Shown here: in pieces, positions 10,458 through 19,697 of the stretch
Layout: every line of letters begins with the position of its first letter
Numbering within the stretch: the first letter of the stretch is position 1
NCBI GenBank assembly: GCA_005222975.1
Contig: NJBI01000001.1
Location: forward strand, 64,001 to 128,000
DNA: 64,000 bases
Origin: Promethearchaeota archaeon Loki_b31
Lineage (GTDB): Archaea > Asgardarchaeota > Lokiarchaeia > Sigyniarchaeales > SOKP01
Reading direction: 5' to 3'
Program-made: the position numbers and the translations under genes
Notes under the pieces: model-generated
What the model was told of the DNA's origin: nothing
Seen by the model: only the letters and a program-made list of their open reading frames with translations
Databases searched by the model: none

Positions 10458-10778
10458 TTAAATTTCTAGCGTTCTTAACCTTTGAGAAATGTTTTTTCTT
10501 CTTAGAATCTTCATAAAATCGTCTTCATTTTGTTTTAATCGGCTAAGGAACATATCTAACTTGTCAAAATTATTAAACCAATGTTCTTCTCCATTTGCTA
10601 TGATTTTTACGCCCTTCTTATCGTTGTTGTCGACAATTGCGTAAATTCCTCCTATTTCAGAGTCATGTTTTATAAAGATCTTTTTGCCTACTAAATTATT
10701 ACCTTTTTCATTACCCTTTTTAGCCCAGAATTGATTCTTAAGAAGATAACTTCTGTACATACTCAATTTTTCACACAC
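10458..10778 (-). CDS. Hypothetical protein
   Basis: 106-aa ORF with normal composition in an otherwise empty interval; AAGGT upstream of the GTG start. Confidence 0.6.
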   Translation of the reverse strand: MCEKLSMYRSYLLKNQFWAKKGNEKGNNLVGKKIFIKHDSEIGGIYAIVDNNDKKGVKIIANGEEHWFNNFDKLDMFLSRLKQNEDDFMKILRRKNISQRLRTLEI

Positions 10779-11188
10779 ACGACCTTAATTTTGATATATT
10801 TCTCACGAGTCATCGTGATATAGCTACTAATGACCCTTTAAGTAGTATCTAAATAATATAAGTTATATGCGATTAAAGATTGATGTGTTATCCGTATTAT
10901 ATCCACATATTACGCGAATTTTAATTCACGATTAAAAGATTTACTCATATTATTCAAATACACTATGATCAAAAATTCACCAAATTAGTATTTAAATAAC
11001 AAAGTAAACAGGGAAGCACCATTTACTGAAAAAAAAAAACCTTAGGTTATATAAGAAAAATTTCCATTGCAAGTTTGTAATATAGCAACGATATTCTTCT
11101 ATAAAAAAACCATTTAAAAATTCGCTTAAATTATTGTTACTTAAGAGTTGAAAAAGAAGATTAGGGATAAGAGAGGTATACATTAATA

Positions 11189-11488
11189 ATGGTAGTATGT
11201 GAATGTGATTTCTATATGAATATTTTTGACGATTTTCTACTAGCTAAAAACGACGAAAACCAAAAAATCATGTGGAAAATGCGCACAATAATCGATTTAA
11301 TGAAGATTACGAACGGACAAGACGATAACGGATTCATGGAAAACGCACTAAGAATGATTATGCTAATCTCCAATCATTATATTATGACTCCCTGTGAACT
11401 TGAGCGTAATTATTTTGTCAACGCACCATTTGATGAAAAAGAAGAATTGAAAACTGTTTTAAAAGAAGAATTTATTCGATCTCTATGA
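11189..11488 (+). CDS. Hypothetical helical protein
   Basis: 99-aa ORF with GAGGT upstream; converges on the PUA gene. Confidence 0.65.
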   Translation: MVVCECDFYMNIFDDFLLAKNDENQKIMWKMRTIIDLMKITNGQDDNGFMENALRMIMLISNHYIMTPCELERNYFVNAPFDEKEELKTVLKEEFIRSL

Positions 11489-11491
11489 AAT

Positions 11492-11998
11492 TTATTTAAA
11501 TTCCTTTTCAAATTTCCAAACACTGTCTTGTATCGTGTGAAGGTTGAATAAAACTTTCCCTGATTTCATTTTTTCCATGCTCTGGGCGTTGTATATGGCT
11601 TTACAAATTGCTAAAGCTCGATCATGAGTTTCATCTACAACTACAACAATCTCGTCTTTCTTTATAGAATGATCGATTTTTGTTATTCCAGGACGCATGA
11701 TATCTGCTCCATTCGCGACATAGCGAATAGCTCCCTTATCAACGGTAATTTTTTTCAAATCGACCTGTTTGTTAAGAAGTAGAGTTAAAACAGGAATATA
11801 TCCATCTTTAGATTTCCAGAGTTTTAAGACGCTATTTATGGCGTATAAGGTGTCTCCGGCATCCGTTTGGATAACCTCGACTCGAGCTTTTTTAGGAAAA
11901 ATTTGGTTCAGGAATTTCTCGTCGTAATGCTTCAAAACGTCTTCCTGTAGCTCTTTTATCTGCGATTTTTGAATAAAGTGCCTTTGTTTAATATTCAT
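11492..11998 (-). CDS. Pre-PUA + PUA domain RNA-binding protein (archaeal MCT-1/Tma20-like)
   Basis: VDKGAIRYVANGADIMRPGI, then GKVLFNLHTIQDSVW. Confidence 0.9.
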   Translation of the reverse strand: MNIKQRHFIQKSQIKELQEDVLKHYDEKFLNQIFPKKARVEVIQTDAGDTLYAINSVLKLWKSKDGYIPVLTLLLNKQVDLKKITVDKGAIRYVANGADIMRPGITKIDHSIKKDEIVVVVDETHDRALAICKAIYNAQSMEKMKSGKVLFNLHTIQDSVWKFEKEFK

Positions 11999-12069
11999 AG
12001 TTAATTAACTTAAAAAAGATTATCAAATAAAAACCTTTTATATCCCCGTGTTTATATTAACATTAATTT

Positions 12070-12609
12070 ATGACTAAAGTTAATTCATCGGCAGTAGTCA
12101 TCATCCCTCCAAAAAAAATTTGGGAGCCAATTCAAGAAATTCGAAGGATTTACGATAGACAAATTCGTAGATGGATGCCTCACATCACTTTACTATATCC
12201 CTTTCGACCTGAATCCGAATATAATACTTTAGAGAGTCTGTTCTCAACGATATGCAAAAAAATAAAATCGTTTGAGATTATATTTAGTAAGTTTAAATAT
12301 TTCAATCATGGAAAACAGACGTATACCCTTTGGTTGGCTCCCGAGCCTGAATCTTTAATTATTGACTTCCAGTATAAGCTTTTGGCAATTATTACAGACT
12401 GCAATAATGTAAATTTACACAAAAACGGTTTTACTCCTCATTTAAGCGTAGGACAAATTGAAGGGAAAAAAAGACTAATAGAGGTTATAGAAACTCTTCA
12501 AAGGAATTGGAGTCAATTAAAATTCACGATAAATTCAATTTATTTTATCGCAAGAGAGAAACAGAAACTATCGAAATTTGAAGTTAAAAAGACTTTTTTG
12601 TTAAACTAA
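12070..12609 (+). CDS. 2H phosphoesterase (2'-5' RNA ligase / 2',3'-cyclic phosphodiesterase family)
   Basis: Two HxT/S motifs: PHITL and PHLSV. Confidence 0.88.
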   Translation: MTKVNSSAVVIIPPKKIWEPIQEIRRIYDRQIRRWMPHITLLYPFRPESEYNTLESLFSTICKKIKSFEIIFSKFKYFNHGKQTYTLWLAPEPESLIIDFQYKLLAIITDCNNVNLHKNGFTPHLSVGQIEGKKRLIEVIETLQRNWSQLKFTINSIYFIAREKQKLSKFEVKKTFLLN

Positions 12610-12667
12610 GAATTAGTTTATCAAAATATATTTGAAAATGAGTTGAGATAAAAAAATTAATTCATTT

Positions 12668-13237
12668 TTAGTTCTCTTTGTACTTGAAAACTAATTCTGC
12701 TATTTTCTGAAACACTTCTTTTACGGTATCCCCCGTAAGAGCCGAGGTTTCGAAATAAGGCGCGTTGAGCTTTTCGCTTAGATGCTCTGCCATGGGCAAT
12801 ATGATTTTACGCTCGTCTTTCAAATCTACTTTATTTCCTATTAAGATTCGAGGGACGTTACTGAGCCCAAATTTTTCAGCTGAAGAGTACCAATTAGTAA
12901 TGTTGGAAAAAGTGCTAGACCGTGTCATGTCATATACCAGAATCATACCATCCGCCCCATTAAAGTAGGGGCGATGTAACATATAGAACTGTGGTTGTCC
13001 CGCTACCTCCCAGAACATCAAGTTAATTGTAGCGTTGTTCTCCTTCAATTCAATTGGTTCCTTTACAATATTAACACCGACTGTGGGCAAATAAACCTCC
13101 TCAAACTTATTGGTGGCAAATTTCGTAAGAAGGCTGGTTTTCCCAACAGAAGGGTCACCAATAACAATTACTTTATATATCGATTCAGTCCTCCCCTCAA
13201 AAAATAATCCTCCTTCTTCTCTCTTGTTATTACTCAT
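12668..13237 (-). CDS. Rab-like small GTPase, G3-variant copy (WEVAGQ)
   Basis: GDPSVGKT, PTVG, WEVAGQ, NKVD, ETSAL. Confidence 0.93.
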   Translation of the reverse strand: MSNNKREEGGLFFEGRTESIYKVIVIGDPSVGKTSLLTKFATNKFEEVYLPTVGVNIVKEPIELKENNATINLMFWEVAGQPQFYMLHRPYFNGADGMILVYDMTRSSTFSNITNWYSSAEKFGLSNVPRILIGNKVDLKDERKIILPMAEHLSEKLNAPYFETSALTGDTVKEVFQKIAELVFKYKEN

Positions 13238-13419
13238 TTGAATTCTGAACCTTTGTGATTTTAATTTTGAATAGTTATAATAAATATGAAGTACATCTAT
13301 ATAATTTTTAATAATTTACTTTAAAACTATTTAAGTTTAAGTTTGAAACACTCCAAAGGAATTTGATTTGCTTCTACGAAAAAGATTTGAAAAAGAGCAA
13401 CGATAAAAAAATAATTTTA

Positions 13420-13992
13420 TTAATAGTTCTCTTTGTACTTGAAAACTAATTCTCCTATTTTTTGAAACACTTCTTTTACGGTTTCCCCCGTAAGAGCTGA
13501 GGTTTCGAAATAAGGCGCGTTGAGTTTTTCGCTTAGATGCTCTGCCATGGGCAATATGATTTTACGCTCGTCTTTTAAATCTATTTTATTTCCTATTAAG
13601 ATTCGTGGGATGCCACTAAGCCCATATTTTACGGCAGAATTGTACCAATTATTGATGTTAGAAAAAGTACTAGACCGCGTTATGTCAAATACTAGAATCA
13701 TACCATCCGCTCCGTTAAAGTAAGGACGATGTAACATATAGAACTGCGGTTGTCCCGCTACGTCCCAAAACATCAAATTAATTATAGCATTAAGACCCTC
13801 CAATTCAATGGGCTCTTTAACAATGGACACACCGACTGTGGGCAAATATTTTTCCTCAAATTGGTTTTTAGCGAATTTTGTAAGAAGGCTCGTCTTCCCA
13901 ACAGCGGGATCGCCAATAACAATTACTTTAAAAATGGATTCTGTTCGCCCTTGAAAAACTAAATTTCCTTCTTTCCTCTCGTTATTACTCAT
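13420..13992 (-). CDS. Rab-like small GTPase (canonical copy)
   Basis: GDPAVGKT, PTVG, WDVAGQ, NKID, ETSAL. Confidence 0.95.
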   Translation of the reverse strand: MSNNERKEGNLVFQGRTESIFKVIVIGDPAVGKTSLLTKFAKNQFEEKYLPTVGVSIVKEPIELEGLNAIINLMFWDVAGQPQFYMLHRPYFNGADGMILVFDITRSSTFSNINNWYNSAVKYGLSGIPRILIGNKIDLKDERKIILPMAEHLSEKLNAPYFETSALTGETVKEVFQKIGELVFKYKENY

Positions 13993-14185
13993 TTGATTTC
14001 TAATCGTTTGTGATTTTAATTATAAATTGTTATTATAAATATGAAGTTCTTATTTATAATTTTTAACAATTTCCTTTTAAAATATTTAAGCTTAACGATT
14101 GAAAAAAGTAAGCATTAATAAGGAATTTATTGAGAAAGTTTAAGAGAATTATGAAAAATTTTTTTTTAAAGCTTTTTTTTAGATA

Positions 14186-14827
14186 TTAATTTTTTACCAT
14201 TAATTTGTTTATCCAAAATTCTATTTTTTCCTCTAAATATTTTTCAATACTCTCAGAGGATGAATTTTCTGCATCAAACAAATCTGATAACGATTTTGCA
14301 GAGTTTAAACGATTTGTGACTTGTGAGATTTCATAGAGTATTCTATGTCCGCCTGTGAATTCGAAGATTTCTTCTTTAATTTTCTCCAAAATTGATTTAA
14401 CGGCTTGAGGATCGTCGCTATCTTCTAAATCCGCTTTTAAATCGTTTAATTGGGATATTATAGATTCTTTCTTGTCTGTTGCAGATTCGTTTCTTTCTAT
14501 AACATCTTCTACGCCTTCTTTTTTAGAAGGACTTATGTTTATATTTATAATCAAGGATTTAATTAAGTCTAAATCTTTTTCTAAAATTTTCTGATTTTCA
14601 ATTACATTACTCAATTGAGGTATTAGACTTTTAATGTCAATAGTAGCCTTATCTAGCTCGTTAATTTTATCAGTTAGTTGTGTAATTTTCAAATTTGTCT
14701 GTCCCATTTTTGTTATAATATCTAAACCAAACTTTTCAAGTATTGAGGAGAAAGCGCCAATTTTCTCGTCGAACTCTTTAAAAGACTTAGACAAATCGTT
14801 TAATGTAAGGTCGTTAGGTTCTTCCAT
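14186..14827 (-). CDS. Coiled-coil protein with a C-terminal helical-bundle domain
   Basis: Heptad-rich N-terminal half; the last ~90 aa resemble the C-terminus of 56390-58603. Confidence 0.75.
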   Translation of the reverse strand: MEEPNDLTLNDLSKSFKEFDEKIGAFSSILEKFGLDIITKMGQTNLKITQLTDKINELDKATIDIKSLIPQLSNVIENQKILEKDLDLIKSLIININISPSKKEGVEDVIERNESATDKKESIISQLNDLKADLEDSDDPQAVKSILEKIKEEIFEFTGGHRILYEISQVTNRLNSAKSLSDLFDAENSSSESIEKYLEEKIEFWINKLMVKN

Positions 14828-15054
14828 GAGTTATCATCTTTTAAATTTTAATAAATTTGAAGAATAAGATTATTTTAATGTTTTTGATGAGAATGTTATA
14901 AAAAGATCAATTTTTTATAATAAATATAGTACATTAAAAATATAAATTCAAGTTTTTTCGATTATCAAGTTTTACAGCTTCAATTATGAGTCTTTATCAA
15001 GATAAATACAATAAGAGCGCATAAGCTCTTCACAACATAAACTATCGTGATTTT

Positions 15055-15939
15055 ATGATTCAATACATTAATATATTGACCCGAACTGGAAAATCTTTGC
15101 TATTCAGGAATTATGGTAGTTCTGATGTGGATAGAGACTTATTAGCGGGATTTTTAAGCGCTTTTTCGGGGTTTATGAAAGAAATAAGTCAAAGCGACAT
15201 AAAATCCACGGCTACAGACGAGTTTAAGTACTATTATACAATTATTGATGAGATTATAATTGTAGTATGCACGGATCTTGTGGATGATGACGCTGTAGTT
15301 AACTCGAAAATTACGACGATAAGAGCAAAGTTCATTGAAATGTATGGAGAACTTTTAGCGAGTGGTGATTGGACCGGAAATCGCGCTATTTTTACAAACT
15401 TTGAAAGAGAGATTGACGATACGATTCTTGGCTCTATAAAAGTATCTATTATAGGAATTGGAGGCGTTGGAAAATCTACGCTCCTACGCTTAATCTGTGG
15501 CAAAGAAGTCGATTTAGAATACGTTCCAACAATAAATGTTGACATAGCTTCTTTTAACGGAGAAGAACTTGATGTTCCTCGTTCAATTGTACTTTGGGAT
15601 TTTGCGGGGCAGAGCAATTATCGGTCTTTATGGAAAAGTTTATTGGATAATACTGACTTAGCTCTCCTAGTGCTTGATTCTAGTTTTGAGAATGTAAACT
15701 ATAGTAAAGATATTATTCGGGATATTTTAGATTTTTATTATAAGGATGTTTTAGTCATTGGAATCGCGAATAAACAAGATTTGCCAAATAGGTTAACACC
15801 TAAATTTTGTGAAAGGATATTGTCCGAAACGGAAAGGGACCCACCTATTAAAGTCCACGGAATGATTGCAATTAATCCCAATTATAGAGAGAAAATTCAC
15901 GCAATCTTAAGAGAAGCCATAAATAAAATTCTTAAATAA
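15055..15939 (+). CDS. Longin domain-small GTPase fusion
   Basis: N-terminal MIQYINILTRTGKSLLFRNY...LLAGFLSAFSGFMKEI (longin pattern); C-terminal GIGGVGKST, PTI, WDFAGQ, NKQD. Confidence 0.88.
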   Translation: MIQYINILTRTGKSLLFRNYGSSDVDRDLLAGFLSAFSGFMKEISQSDIKSTATDEFKYYYTIIDEIIIVVCTDLVDDDAVVNSKITTIRAKFIEMYGELLASGDWTGNRAIFTNFEREIDDTILGSIKVSIIGIGGVGKSTLLRLICGKEVDLEYVPTINVDIASFNGEELDVPRSIVLWDFAGQSNYRSLWKSLLDNTDLALLVLDSSFENVNYSKDIIRDILDFYYKDVLVIGIANKQDLPNRLTPKFCERILSETERDPPIKVHGMIAINPNYREKIHAILREAINKILK

Positions 15940-16032
15940 GTCCCAACTTAAACCAAAAATCTGAGTGAAAACATAAAAAATTTAAGAATTTTATAATTAT
16001 TGGTTATTATCTGACAAGTAATTATAATTATA

Positions 16033-17796
16033 GTGATCGATTTGATTGATTTTGATTTTGAATTAGAAGATATTCCCTTTATCGAAGATGGAGATTTTAG
16101 GACTCTAAAATTACCAGAATTAACCGAAGAAGAAAGATTTTTAGTTGATCCACTAGTAGCCCCAACTTCGGGGTTAAGAATTCAGATTCTTGAAAATATA
16201 GAAAAAGAAGGAAAGAAAAAATATTTATTACCCAATAGAAAGCTTTTTTTATTTCTCAGAGTCTTTAAAGCGATTAGTCAAAAATACAAAGAAATGAAAG
16301 AGGGGAAGAATCTTAAAATCTTGATTGTTACCGATAATCGACCAAGCAAACAGATTCTACTTCGATATTGCTCTCAAATTTTTGCTTATGAGGGATATAA
16401 AATATATCACCAAACAGATCATCCGGGAGAATCTAAAATATCTGCCCCTTATGGCGCCGCGTCTGTCGCGTTATTCGAAGATATAAACTTAAATATCGTA
16501 CTAACAGCGTCTCATAACGATCTATCGTGGAACGGAGTTAAATTTTATATTGATTATCCAATGCCAATGTCTGGAGATCTATTTAAAGAGATTGCAGATA
16601 AAGCACTAAAACTTGAAGAAATTAAGTTTGATCCAAATTACAAACCCTTTCTGATTGATGCTGAGCAGAAGAACAACGATTATGTGATCTCTCTTTTATC
16701 GAAAGTTTTAGAACTTAATAACCTAAGAGGAAAAAATATTGTTATTTGGCCTTACTTAGGGAAAGCTAGAGGAATTGTTAATTTATTTAATCGGTTAGGA
16801 GCGAATGTAATTTTAATAGAGGAAGAAATCAATCCCCCCAATCCGATAAAAATACTTCGAGAAGATAAATTGCGGCAAGTTATGGAATCAGAAGATTCAG
16901 ATATAGCTCTACTATTAGATGCCGATAGAGATAGAATTGCCTTATATGTGAAACAGAATGGTGAGTATTACTATTATATCCCGAATGAGATATATTCTGC
17001 TATGCACAATATATTAGCTAATGTTTATCATAAGAAAATTATCAATGTGAGAACGATTCCAAGCGATTTAAGAGGAGATCATACTAGTTTTATAAATATT
17101 TTTACGGGTGTGGGATATAAACACCTGGGAGTGATTTTATATTTTCTACTAGGGATCGAAGTAGACCAATCAAAAGTAGACTCAGCTATTCTTTATTATG
17201 AAGATAAAAAAAAAAATTTGATAAAAATTGATAACGCAGCGCCTTTAAAACAAAAATTACTCGAATTGATTAAAAAAACCAACTTACTTGAAGAAGAATT
17301 TTTAATTGTAATGTGGGAAGAGTCAGGAGGACACACTCTGAATATATTAAATGTTTCTAAAGACGAAATAACTGGGGAACTCCGATTTGAGACCAAATTT
17401 CCAATTATCGCAGATAAATATCCCGTGCCTGCTCTCGTTATAATCACAGAATTAATCTCACGAGGACATAAAATTTCCGAATCAATTGATTGGTCAATCA
17501 AAGGAATTAATAGAACTATCCGTGCAATTGACGAGGAAAAAGTTAAAATTATGAATAATTTTGGAAAAAACGACGGTAAAACAATTAAAATCAATAACAA
17601 AAAGTATAAAGTAAGTGCCTTATCTGATAATAATAACAAGGTGGACTTATACCAGTTGAAAAGTAACGATTCGATGTTATATTTTAGACCTAGCGGGACA
17701 GGTCCGGAAGTAAGGTTTTATATTTTTGGAAATCGTGATACTCATCTAAAAGAAATAAAGGCTGTACAAGATTACGTGAAAACAAATTATTCATAA
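16033..17796 (+). CDS. Alpha-D-phosphohexomutase (PMM/PGM family), divergent
   Basis: TSGLR, catalytic TASHND, metal loop DADRDR, EESGG, RPSGTGPEVRFY. Confidence 0.88.
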   Translation: MIDLIDFDFELEDIPFIEDGDFRTLKLPELTEEERFLVDPLVAPTSGLRIQILENIEKEGKKKYLLPNRKLFLFLRVFKAISQKYKEMKEGKNLKILIVTDNRPSKQILLRYCSQIFAYEGYKIYHQTDHPGESKISAPYGAASVALFEDINLNIVLTASHNDLSWNGVKFYIDYPMPMSGDLFKEIADKALKLEEIKFDPNYKPFLIDAEQKNNDYVISLLSKVLELNNLRGKNIVIWPYLGKARGIVNLFNRLGANVILIEEEINPPNPIKILREDKLRQVMESEDSDIALLLDADRDRIALYVKQNGEYYYYIPNEIYSAMHNILANVYHKKIINVRTIPSDLRGDHTSFINIFTGVGYKHLGVILYFLLGIEVDQSKVDSAILYYEDKKKNLIKIDNAAPLKQKLLELIKKTNLLEEEFLIVMWEESGGHTLNILNVSKDEITGELRFETKFPIIADKYPVPALVIITELISRGHKISESIDWSIKGINRTIRAIDEEKVKIMNNFGKNDGKTIKINNKKYKVSALSDNNNKVDLYQLKSNDSMLYFRPSGTGPEVRFYIFGNRDTHLKEIKAVQDYVKTNYS

Positions 17797-17835
17797 CTTT
17801 TAATATTAACTTAAGGAAATAGCTCCAGTTAATCT

Positions 17836-19530
17836 TTATATCTCCTGAACTATTCCAGGTATTATAATACTATTAGATTCTATCCTTAAAATTCCTTTTT
17901 CTTGAAGACTCTTCATTGTACTTAATACTTTTTCTTCGTCCCACTTTAAACCATTCAAGAAGTTAATTTTTTTCAATGGTTTTTTATTTGTTGCGAATTT
18001 AATGAACTTTTTTTCGACAGCGTTTAATTCTACATCTTTAAACAAATAATATATGACTTTACCAATCTTAAATGATTTAAAGATCAATTTCAATTCAAAA
18101 AGTTGGGCTAATACGGATAAAATTACTTCGTTAGCAACATCTGTGATTTCTTGATCTATAAATTGCTTTATTTTCTCGTATTGAGAGAACCCACCATTTA
18201 TTAAAAAGAACTTTTCGTGGTAGCTCAAGATTTTTTGAGAAATAGTTTCTTTTAATTGAAGTTCTTCTTTCTCAACATATTCTAAATCTAATGGCTTATT
18301 GAGCGTACTTTTATCTTTAACTGCTTCTTTTTCTCTGGTTTTTGGTAAGCTTTTCACAGCTGGTTTTGTAGCAAATTTAATTTGTGGTAATTCTTCAATT
18401 TCATCTAAACTTGTATCTTGTAGATCATCTTCAATCTTAGGTTGTTTTTTCTTAGGCGGTGTTTTTGGAATTTTCACGCTTTGTGTTTTTTTTAATCGTT
18501 CTTTTAATCTAGCCTTCAGCTCTAATTGGCGTTTAAGTTTTTCTTGTTCTTTAACTTTTTCTCTCTCTAAATGTTCTTCTATTTTTTCGTTCCATTTTTT
18601 GCGTTCCTCGAATTCGCTAAATTCTTCAATAACAATGTGATCCGCCTCCTCAATATGAATAATTTCCTTTTTCTTCAATGTTTCAATAATTTTATTTGCA
18701 TAAGTGTAATCCCAACTGGTTATATCTAATAATTTTTGAATAGTTAGATCTTCGTCTTCGTAAGCAAAACTTAAAACAACCTTTTCTGGATTCGATAGCT
18801 CGATTTTTTCGGCAGTAAACACCATTATATGAAAGGTTGGGTTGATTTCTATAATGTCACTTAGAAGCTGTGTTTTTTTCATCAGATTTAGAACGGGCAA
18901 AAAATCGTCGTTTTTTATACTCTTAATATTTGTAAATGCGTGGTATTTAAATTGTTGTATAGGAATTATTTTGAGTTTATCTAAATCGTAGTCTTTAATG
19001 ATGGAATTAAATTTGCGAGACATTTTTTCGTAAAACATTCCAACTCCGACGTTTGCTTTTTTCGCGTCAATGTTATCCAAAAACAAATCGAAAGATTCAA
19101 GCTTTTCAATTGCACCCTCAAGATTTTCAAAGTCTTGCTTTAATTCTTCTTCGGATTTTGGCAAAGCAGACTTATATCCTGCCGAAAAGACCCGATATTC
19201 CTTACCTGCTTTTTTGATAACTTGTATTTCTTTATCTTTAAGCTTAAATTGCTCCTCAGCAACTTTTATCTTCTTTTTAACTGTTATTTCTACTTGTTTT
19301 TCAGTTTTTGATATAATTTGAGATATTTTAGCTAATTTCTTCTTCACATCGTCTTTTTTTTCTTCGCTAATAAATTTCTCAATATGGATTTCTTTTTTTC
19401 TTAGTTCCGCTAGAACTTCCTTTTTTTCAAGATATTTTTTATAACGAAGAGTTAATACAATGTAAAAAATTAATAGTAGAACTGATACAAATAAAGCAGT
19501 AATAAAAACGAACATTGTTAGTGGACTCAA
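17836..19530 (-). CDS. N-terminally membrane-anchored protein with two EAP30/Vps22-Vps36-like (ESCRT-II) tandem winged-helix modules
   Basis: TM helix aa ~5-28, coiled coil, module 1 (VGVGMFYEKM...DDFLPVL...ELSNPEKVVL...SWDYTYANKIIETLKKKEII), P/K-rich linker, module 2 (NGGF...ELNAVEKKFI...LKWDEEKVLSTMKSLQEKGIL...IPG). Confidence 0.65.
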   Translation of the reverse strand: MSPLTMFVFITALFVSVLLLIFYIVLTLRYKKYLEKKEVLAELRKKEIHIEKFISEEKKDDVKKKLAKISQIISKTEKQVEITVKKKIKVAEEQFKLKDKEIQVIKKAGKEYRVFSAGYKSALPKSEEELKQDFENLEGAIEKLESFDLFLDNIDAKKANVGVGMFYEKMSRKFNSIIKDYDLDKLKIIPIQQFKYHAFTNIKSIKNDDFLPVLNLMKKTQLLSDIIEINPTFHIMVFTAEKIELSNPEKVVLSFAYEDEDLTIQKLLDITSWDYTYANKIIETLKKKEIIHIEEADHIVIEEFSEFEERKKWNEKIEEHLEREKVKEQEKLKRQLELKARLKERLKKTQSVKIPKTPPKKKQPKIEDDLQDTSLDEIEELPQIKFATKPAVKSLPKTREKEAVKDKSTLNKPLDLEYVEKEELQLKETISQKILSYHEKFFLINGGFSQYEKIKQFIDQEITDVANEVILSVLAQLFELKLIFKSFKIGKVIYYLFKDVELNAVEKKFIKFATNKKPLKKINFLNGLKWDEEKVLSTMKSLQEKGILRIESNSIIIPGIVQEI

Positions 19531-19697
19531 CTAAGTATTAATCGTTGTTAATTAGTTAAATAAAGAATCTTTTAATTAAAATAATTTTACTATCCTATTT
19601 TCAAATTTCATATTAAAACTTTAATTTGAATAAAAAATTTAATAATAATAATAATAATAATATAAAATCTTTCAATTTATAAGAAATACAATTAGAA

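Larger units (their letters stand above)
12631..14106. repeat. Tandem duplication (about 755-bp period) of a Rab-like gene with its upstream and downstream non-coding flanks
   Basis: About 12631-13349 versus 13386-14106: the CDSs are nearly identical and the flanks align (ttgtgattttaatt...ataaatatgaagt...tataatttttaa...tatttaag). Confidence 0.9.

Noticed and set aside
10780-11188. ORF 10992-11183 and a TATCCACA DnaA-box-like word near 10900
   Set aside because: The ORF is a low-complexity Phe/Leu/Asn string over AT-rich promoter DNA. A single imperfect box in an archaeon with no adjacent cdc6/orc1 gene is not evidence of an origin.
12765-13962. Duplicated plus-strand ORFs (67 aa and 70 aa, twice each)
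   Set aside because: They recur only because the antisense Rab genes are duplicated.
19641-19661. (AAT)7 microsatellite upstream of the acyl-CoA dehydrogenase
   Set aside because: Short and unsurprising in very AT-rich intergenic DNA; no evidence of phase variation from one sequence.
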